Part shown: positions 58,055 to 64,000 of the stretch, one piece after another | Position numbering within the stretch: position 1 is the first letter of the stretch | How the letters are laid out: every line of letters begins with the position of its first letter | Origin: Dehalococcoidia bacterium | GTDB taxonomy: Bacteria; Chloroflexota; Dehalococcoidia; UBA2979 | Assembly: GCA_965262725.1 (NCBI GenBank) | Contig: OZ253555.1 | Coordinates: 736,001-800,000 of the forward strand | Length of the DNA stretch: 64,000 nucleotides | Reading direction: 5' to 3' | Notes under the pieces: model-generated | The model's database searches: none | Seen by the model: only the letters and a program-made list of their open reading frames with translations | Told to the model about the DNA's origin: nothing | Program-made: the position numbers and the translations under genes

Positions 58055-59577
58055 GACATCATCTCCCTGACGTCGACGAAGTGGCCCGCGACAGCCGCCG
58101 CCGCCGCCATCTCGGGCGAGACGAGGTGGGTGCGTCCCCCGGGTCCCTGGCGCCCCTCGAAGTTGCGGTTCGACGTGGAGGCGCTGCGCTCGCCCGGGAG
58201 GAGGATGTCGGGATTCATCCCGAGGCACATCGAGCACCCGGCGTCGCGCCACTCGAAGCCGGCCCGCGTGAAGACGGCGTCGAGTCCCTCCCGCTCGGCC
58301 TGCTGCTTCACGAGGCCCGAGCCCGGCACCACCATCGCCCGCACGCCCTCGGCGACGCGCTTGCCGGCGACGACCCTGGCCGCGGAGCGGAGGTCCTCGA
58401 TGCGCCCGTTGGTGCAGGAGCCGAGGAAGACGCGATCGATGCGGATCTCCCGGATCGGCGTCCCGGCCTCGAGGTCCATGTACTCGAGCGCCCGCCGGAT
58501 CGCCTCGCGCTGGGTGTCGGTGGGCATGCTCTGTGGGTCAGGCACGCGGTCGTTCACGGTCACGCTCTGCGACGGGTTGGTGCCCCACGTGACGTAAGGG
58601 GCGATCTGCGAGCCATCCACGATGACCTCGGTATCGAAGACCGCCCCGTCGTCGGTGACGAGCTCGGACCAGCGGGCGAGGGCCGACTCCCACTGCTCGC
58701 CGCTGGGCACGTGGGGGCGGTCCTTCATGTAGGCGAAGGTCGTCTCGTCCGGCGCGATCAAACCAGCGCGCGCCCCCGCCTCGATGGACATGTTGCAGAC
58801 CGTCATGCGCCCCTCCATGGAGAGCGCGCGGATCACGGGCCCGCGATACTCGATGATGTGGCCGATGCCGCCGTGCACCCCGATCTTGTGGATGATCGCG
58901 AGGATCACGTCCTTTGCCGTCACTCCGGGGCCGAGCTCGCCGGTGACGTCCACCGACATCATCCTGGGGCGGACCTGCCTGAGGGTCTGCGTGGCGAGCA
59001 CATGCTCCACCTCGGAGGTGCCGATCCCGAACGCGAGGGAGCCGAAGGCGCCGTGCGTGGAGGTGTGGCTGTCCCCGCAGACGATGGTCATGCCGGGCTG
59101 CGTGTAGCCTTGCTCCGGCCCGATGATGTGCACGATCCCCTGGCGGATATCGAAGATGTCGAAGAGCGGGACGCCGAACTCCCTGGCGTTGCCCTGAAGC
59201 GTCGCGATCTGCGTCGCCGAGACGGGGTCGGGGTTCGGCTGGTCGCGGCCGATCGTCGGGACGTTGTGGTCGACGGTCGCGAGCGTGAGATCCGGGCGCC
59301 TCACGCTCCGCCCTGCCGTCCGCAGCCCCTCGAACGCCTGCGCAGACGTCACCTCGTGCACCAGGTGCAGGTCGATGTAGAGGAGGTCGGGGCGCTCCCC
59401 CTGCGCCGCCTCCGGCGTGTCGCCGAGCGCGGTGAGGCGGGCCTGCTCCTGCAGCGGGCTAGGAACGGCATGCTGCTCCCAGAGCTTATCTGCCAGGGTC
59501 TTCGGCTCGCTCACGTTCCCCCCTCGCCGTGGCGACGTCGGCCGCCGCTCTCCCTCGCTTACGGGCCCCGCGCTCAC
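58042..59577 (-). CDS. leuC: 3-isopropylmalate dehydratase large subunit
   Basis: [36 protein letters not shown]; start 59577 or 59514. Confidence 0.97.
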   Translation of the reverse strand: MSAGPVSEGERRPTSPRRGGNVSEPKTLADKLWEQHAVPSPLQEQARLTALGDTPEAAQGERPDLLYIDLHLVHEVTSAQAFEGLRTAGRSVRRPDLTLATVDHNVPTIGRDQPNPDPVSATQIATLQGNAREFGVPLFDIFDIRQGIVHIIGPEQGYTQPGMTIVCGDSHTSTHGAFGSLAFGIGTSEVEHVLATQTLRQVRPRMMSVDVTGELGPGVTAKDVILAIIHKIGVHGGIGHIIEYRGPVIRALSMEGRMTVCNMSIEAGARAGLIAPDETTFAYMKDRPHVPSGEQWESALARWSELVTDDGAVFDTEVIVDGSQIAPYVTWGTNPSQSVTVNDRVPDPQSMPTDTQREAIRRALEYMDLEAGTPIREIRIDRVFLGSCTNGRIEDLRSAARVVAGKRVAEGVRAMVVPGSGLVKQQAEREGLDAVFTRAGFEWRDAGCSMCLGMNPDILLPGERSASTSNRNFEGRQGPGGRTHLVSPEMAAAAAVAGHFVDVREMMSWSR

Positions 59578-61121
59578 GCTTTCGTGGCAGCGGTGTGGCG
59601 GTTCAGCGCGTAGACGTAGGCGCGCGCGGAGGCGACCAGGATGTCGGTGTCGGAGGCGCGGCCGACGTAGCTGGCCCCGTCCGCCTCGATCCGGATCGTG
59701 ACCTCGCCCTGCGCGTCTATTCCCTCCGTCACCGATTTCACGCTGAACTCGGCGAGCTGGTTGGTGACGCCGGTCACGCGGTTGATGGCGCGGTAGATGG
59801 CGTCGACGGGGCCGTCGCCGATGGCGGCGTCCTCCCGCATCTCCCCGTCGGGGCCGACGAGGCGCACGGTTGCCGTCGGCCGCCCACGATCGCCGGTCGA
59901 CACCTGCAGGAGGTCGAGGCTCCAGCTCGCCTCCGCCCGCTGCTGGGTTTGTTCGGAGAGGATCGCCTCGAGGTCGCGGTCGTCCACCTCGTTCTTGCGG
60001 TCGGCGACATCTTTGAAGGCGCCGAAGACACGTTCGAACTCCTCGGGATCGAGCGTGACGCCGAGCGCCTCAAGGCGCGCGCGCACCCCGTGGCGGCCGG
60101 AGACCTTGGTGAGGACGATCGAGTCCCCGGAGGGGACGCCGATGGCGGCGGGATCCATGATCTCGTAGGTCTCGCGCATCTTCAGCACGCCGTCCTGGTG
60201 GATGCCGGAGGAGTGTCGGAAGGCGTTGCGCCCGACGATCGCCTTGTGCGGCTGCACGACCATCCCGGAGAGCCTCTCCACGAGCTTGCTCGACGCGTAG
60301 ATCTCCCGGGCGTTCACGTCGGTGTGCACGTGCATCAGGTCGCGGCGCGTCTGAATGGCGAGGATGACCTCTTCCAGCGAGGCGTTGCCGGCGCGCTCCC
60401 CGATGCCGTTGATCGTGCCCTCGACCTGCCGGGCGCCCGCGAGCACGCCGGAGAGCGAGTTCGCCGTCGCGAGGCCGAGATCGTTCTGGCAGTGCACGGA
60501 GAGCCGCGCCCGGTGGATGTTGGGTACGCGCTCCTGCAGGTCGGTCAAGAACGCGCCGAACTCCGCCGGGATCGCGTAGCCGACGGTGTCGGGGATGTTG
60601 ATGGTGGTGGCGCCCTCGTTGATCGCCGCCTCGACGAGCTCGTAGACGAACGTGGGGTCGGAGCGCGTCGCGTCCATCGGCGAGAACTCGACCTCGGTGC
60701 AGTAGCCGGCGGCACGCGCCACGGAGGCGCGCGCGAGTTCCAGCACGTCCTCCTTGTTCTTGTGCAGTTGCTGCGCCATGTGGATGGCGCTCGAGGAGAT
60801 GAAGACGTGGATGCGCGGCGTCTCGGCGTGCTGGACGGCCTCCCAGACGGCGTCGATGTCTGAGGCGTTGGCGCGGGCGAGACCGCAGATGATCGGCCCG
60901 CGCACCTCACGCGCGATCGCCCTCACGGCCTCCAGGTCGCCGGGCGATGAGGCGGGGAAGCCCGCCTCGATGATGTCCACGCCGAGCCGCTCCAGCTGCC
61001 TGGCGATCGCGAGCTTGTCCTCGATGGTGAAGCCGATGCCCGCGGACTGCTCCCCGTCGCGCAGCGTCGTGTCGAAGATGTGGACCTTCTCGCCGGCGCC
61101 GGCATCCTCGCTAGTGCTCAT
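59574..61121 (-). CDS. leuA: 2-isopropylmalate synthase
   Basis: [33 protein letters not shown], regulatory GDGPVDA. Confidence 0.96.
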   Translation of the reverse strand: MSTSEDAGAGEKVHIFDTTLRDGEQSAGIGFTIEDKLAIARQLERLGVDIIEAGFPASSPGDLEAVRAIAREVRGPIICGLARANASDIDAVWEAVQHAETPRIHVFISSSAIHMAQQLHKNKEDVLELARASVARAAGYCTEVEFSPMDATRSDPTFVYELVEAAINEGATTINIPDTVGYAIPAEFGAFLTDLQERVPNIHRARLSVHCQNDLGLATANSLSGVLAGARQVEGTINGIGERAGNASLEEVILAIQTRRDLMHVHTDVNAREIYASSKLVERLSGMVVQPHKAIVGRNAFRHSSGIHQDGVLKMRETYEIMDPAAIGVPSGDSIVLTKVSGRHGVRARLEALGVTLDPEEFERVFGAFKDVADRKNEVDDRDLEAILSEQTQQRAEASWSLDLLQVSTGDRGRPTATVRLVGPDGEMREDAAIGDGPVDAIYRAINRVTGVTNQLAEFSVKSVTEGIDAQGEVTIRIEADGASYVGRASDTDILVASARAYVYALNRHTAATKA

Positions 61122-61299
61122 CGCCTCGTCCGTTCTCACCCTGCGTCGGGGTGCCGCAATCTCCCTCGCCACGCTGTGGCCTCGCCCGAATCGGCCCTCT
61201 GCGCCCGGTGGGCGGCGGAGGGCCCGGTCAGGAGGAGGCCGGGCAGGCCCCCCGCGGGGCGGATCGGCCTCCGTGCGACGAGGGGATGCATCGGGACGA

Positions 61300-62301
61300 T
61301 CACCCCTCGCGCTCGCGGAGCCACGACATCATCGCGCGGATCTCGCGCCCGACCTCGGCGATCGGGTGCGCAGCGCTCTGGCGGCGCAGTGCGTTGAAGC
61401 GCGGCCGCCCCGCCTGGTTCTCCAGGATCCACTCGCGCGCGAACTCCCCCGACTGGATCTCGTCGAGGATGGTCCGCATCTCCCGCTTCGTCTCGGCCGT
61501 GATGACGCGCGGGCCGCGCGTGTAGTCTCCGTACTCCGCCGTGTCGGAGACGGAGTAGCGCATGTACTCCATCCCTCCCTCGTAGAGCAGGTCGACGATC
61601 AGCTTCAACTCGTGCAGCGTCTCGAAGTAGGCCGACTCGGGCTGGTAGCCCGCCTCGACCAGGGTCTCGTAGGCCGCGGTGATGAGCGCCGTCACGCCCC
61701 CGCAGAGGATCGTCTGCTCGCCGAACAGGTCGGTCTCGGTCTCCTCACGGAAGGTGGTCTCGAGAATCCCGGCCCGGGTCGCGCCGATGCCCCGGCCGTA
61801 TGCGAGCGCCGTCGCGAGCGCCGATTCGGTTGCGTTCTGCTCGATGGCGAGGAGCGCCGGAACGCCCCCGCCCTCGGTGTAGACGCGCCGGACGAGGTGC
61901 CCGGGCCCCTTGGGCGCGATCATCGAGACGTCGACGCCCTCCGGCGCCGCGATCTGGCTGAAGTGGACGTTGAAGCCGTGCGCGAACATCAGCGTCTTGC
62001 CGGCCGAGAGGTGCGGGGCCACGTGATCCTCGTAGACCGCGCGCTGCACCTGATCGGGCACCAGCATCATGATCACGTCGGAGCCGCGCGCCACGTCGTC
62101 CACCGAGCCGACCCGGAGGCCCTCTGCGCGCGCCTTCTCCCACGAGGGCGAGCCGGGGTAGAGCCCCACGGCGACCTCGACGCCGGAGTCGCGCAGGTTC
62201 AGGGCGTGGGCGTGCCCCTGCGAGCCGTAACCGATGACGCCGACGGTCCGGCCCGCGAGCACGCCGGGATCCGCATCGGAGTCGTAGTAGATCTTCGCCA
62301 C
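61300..62301 (-). CDS. ilvC: Ketol-acid reductoisomerase
   Basis: [30 protein letters not shown]. Confidence 0.97.
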   Translation of the reverse strand: MAKIYYDSDADPGVLAGRTVGVIGYGSQGHAHALNLRDSGVEVAVGLYPGSPSWEKARAEGLRVGSVDDVARGSDVIMMLVPDQVQRAVYEDHVAPHLSAGKTLMFAHGFNVHFSQIAAPEGVDVSMIAPKGPGHLVRRVYTEGGGVPALLAIEQNATESALATALAYGRGIGATRAGILETTFREETETDLFGEQTILCGGVTALITAAYETLVEAGYQPESAYFETLHELKLIVDLLYEGGMEYMRYSVSDTAEYGDYTRGPRVITAETKREMRTILDEIQSGEFAREWILENQAGRPRFNALRRQSAAHPIAEVGREIRAMMSWLREREG

Positions 62302-62362
62302 CGGCACCCGCCTCTCGTTGCTTCCGGCCCAACCCGTCTCAGTCACCGCCCGGGTCGTTGCC

Positions 62363-62953
62363 TCAGTCGCTCACGTAGGGTAGCTCGCCCTCCGGCAAGC
62401 GCCCCGCCTCGTGGTGGAAGCGGTGCATCTCCTCGCTCTCGCCGTTCTGGTCCCCGTAGGCGGTGACCCGCGCCCCGCGGCGCATCGAGACCCGACCCGT
62501 GCGCATCAGCTCCATGATTCCGTACGGGCGCAGGTTGTCGAGCAGCCCGTTGACGCGGTCGCGCTGCGCCACCGCCTGCAGGGTCACGCTCACGGGCGAG
62601 AGATCCACGGCTTGCGCGCGGAAGATCGTGGCGATCTCCAGCACCTCGCGACGGTTCTCGGCCGTGCAGCGCACCTTGATCAGCGCCAGCTCGCGGTTGA
62701 CCGCCTCGGCGTTGGTCAGATCCTCCACCTTGATCACGTCGACGAGCTTGATGAGTTGCTTCTCGACCTGGTCCACGATGCCCTCGTGGCCGTCGACGAT
62801 GATCGTCATCCGCGATATGCCGTCCTCGTGCGTCGTGCCGACGGCGAGCGACTCGATGTTGAACCCGCGCCGCCGGAAGAGGCTCGTGACCCGGTTCAGG
62901 ACGCCGGGGCGGTCCTCGACCAGCGCGACGACTGTGTGCAGCATCGCCCTCAC
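62363..62953 (-). CDS. ilvN: Acetolactate synthase small subunit
   Basis: [34 protein letters not shown]. Confidence 0.96.
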   Translation of the reverse strand: MRAMLHTVVALVEDRPGVLNRVTSLFRRRGFNIESLAVGTTHEDGISRMTIIVDGHEGIVDQVEKQLIKLVDVIKVEDLTNAEAVNRELALIKVRCTAENRREVLEIATIFRAQAVDLSPVSVTLQAVAQRDRVNGLLDNLRPYGIMELMRTGRVSMRRGARVTAYGDQNGESEEMHRFHHEAGRLPEGELPYVSD

Positions 62954-64000
62954 ACCATCCCGTCCGTGCTCTCGACGGTCTCGGAGAGCGCCGCGCCCGC
63001 CGGCACCATCGGCCAGACGTTGTCGTCGGCGGTGACGCGGAAGTCAATCAGGACCGGGCCGGGGTGCGCGTCGGCCTCGCGTATCGCCTCGTCGACCTGG
63101 CCGGGCTCGTCGACGCGGATGCCCTTGATGCCGTAGGCCTCGGCGATCTTAGTGAAGTCGGGCTGCGACATCGAGACCGCGACGTAGTTGTCCTTGTAGA
63201 AGAGCTCCTGCCACTGGCGCACCATGCCGAGGTAGCCGTTGTTCATGATCGCGAGTTTCACCGGGGTCTGCTCGTCGACCATGGTGGCGATCTCCTGGAA
63301 CGTCATCTGGAATCCGCCGTCGCCGCAGATCGCCCAGACGCTCGCGTCAGGCCGCGCCACCTGCGCGCCGAGGGCGGCCGGCACCTCGAAGCCCATCGTG
63401 CCGAGCCCGCCCGACGTGATCAGCTGACGCGGACGCGAGATGCTCATGTGCTGCGCCGCCCACATCTGGTGCTGGCCGACGCCGGTCACGATGATCGCGT
63501 CCTCGTCGTTGGCGTGCGCGCGCGCGATGCGCTGCACCACGAACTGGACCGTGAGTTCCGGCCCCTCCGGGACGGCGAGCGAGGCCGCGTGTGCGCGGGC
63601 GAGGTCGTCGATCCAGCGCACCCACTCCGGCTGGCTCGAGCGCTTCACCGCCGCCGTCAGCTGTGGCAGTACGTCCTTGACGTCACCGGTGATCGGGACG
63701 GCGGTGTCGATGTTCTTGTTGTGCTCGGCCGGATCGATGTCGACGTGAATCACGGTTGCCGTCGGGTTGAGATCGGCGAAGCGCCCGAGCGCGCGGTCGT
63801 CCATGCGCATGCCGAGCCCGATGATCAGGTCGGCGTTGGAGGCGGCCATGTTCGCGTGGTAGGAGCCGTGCATCCCCATCATCCCGTAGGAGAGGGCGTG
63901 CCGCTGGTCAAGGACGCCGAGGCCGAGCAGCGTCGTCAGCACGGGGATACCGGTGCGCTCCGCGAAGGCGCGCAGCTCCTCGCTCGCGTTCGCGATCACG
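62950..64000 (-). CDS. ilvB: Acetolactate synthase large subunit (5' truncated)
   Basis: GMHG, VGQHQMW, SGGLGTMGF, GDGGFQM, NNGYLGMVRQWQ. Confidence 0.96.
   Translation of the reverse strand, partial: VIANASEELRAFAERTGIPVLTTLLGLGVLDQRHALSYGMMGMHGSYHANMAASNADLIIGLGMRMDDRALGRFADLNPTATVIHVDIDPAEHNKNIDTAVPITGDVKDVLPQLTAAVKRSSQPEWVRWIDDLARAHAASLAVPEGPELTVQFVVQRIARAHANDEDAIIVTGVGQHQMWAAQHMSISRPRQLITSGGLGTMGFEVPAALGAQVARPDASVWAICGDGGFQMTFQEIATMVDEQTPVKLAIMNNGYLGMVRQWQELFYKDNYVAVSMSQPDFTKIAEAYGIKGIRVDEPGQVDEAIREADAHPGPVLIDFRVTADDNVWPMVPAGAALSETVESTDGMV

Noticed and set aside
11381-63748. Many long overlapping or antisense Arg/Ala/Pro-rich ORFs (e.g. 31007-33094, 33108-35162, 56864-58597, 60754-62466)
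   Set aside because: Shadow ORFs expected at very high GC; they overlap well-supported genes and carry no recognisable motifs.
1-64000. CRISPR array, rRNA, or selenoprotein/SECIS near selC
   Set aside because: No regularly spaced repeats, rRNA-like sequence or convincing in-frame TGA readthrough seen by eye.

Overview
High-GC bacterial chromosome segment. The gene set (F420 enzymes CofE/NpdG/PPOX, paired CoA-transferases III, cimA with ilv/leu, cobOTSU, tRNA-Sec, Tat-lipoprotein SBP) suggests Chloroflexota/Dehalococcoidia (SAR202-like), which is an inference. Positions 1-11.1 kb are an accessory island downstream of tRNA-Sec (selC). It holds the 3' parts of three group II introns that appear nested inside each other, a DUF4268 nuclease-like gene, a ~1500-aa nuclease-STAND ATPase (Avs-like) gene broken by back-to-back IS630 and IS5 elements at a CTAG site, and an IS481-like relic. 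Positions 11.4-64 kb are core-like: a catabolic cluster (MFS, MBL hydrolase, CoA-transferases, FAD/Fe-S oxidase, CocE, RidA, SDR), tRNA-His, an MshC-like CysRS paralog, lexA/holA, cofE-npdG with a THI5-type ABC importer, cobO-cobT-cobS-cobU, a c-di-AMP riboswitch in front of a tiny Zn-ribbon gene, and the ilvB-ilvN-ilvC-leuA-leuC-leuD-(APH)-leuB-(SBP)-cimA cluster. The most notable signals are the triple-nested introns, three genes that seem to need CTG start codons, the riboswitch-Zn-ribbon pairing and the interrupted STAND defence gene. All family calls come from motif recognition; no searches were run.
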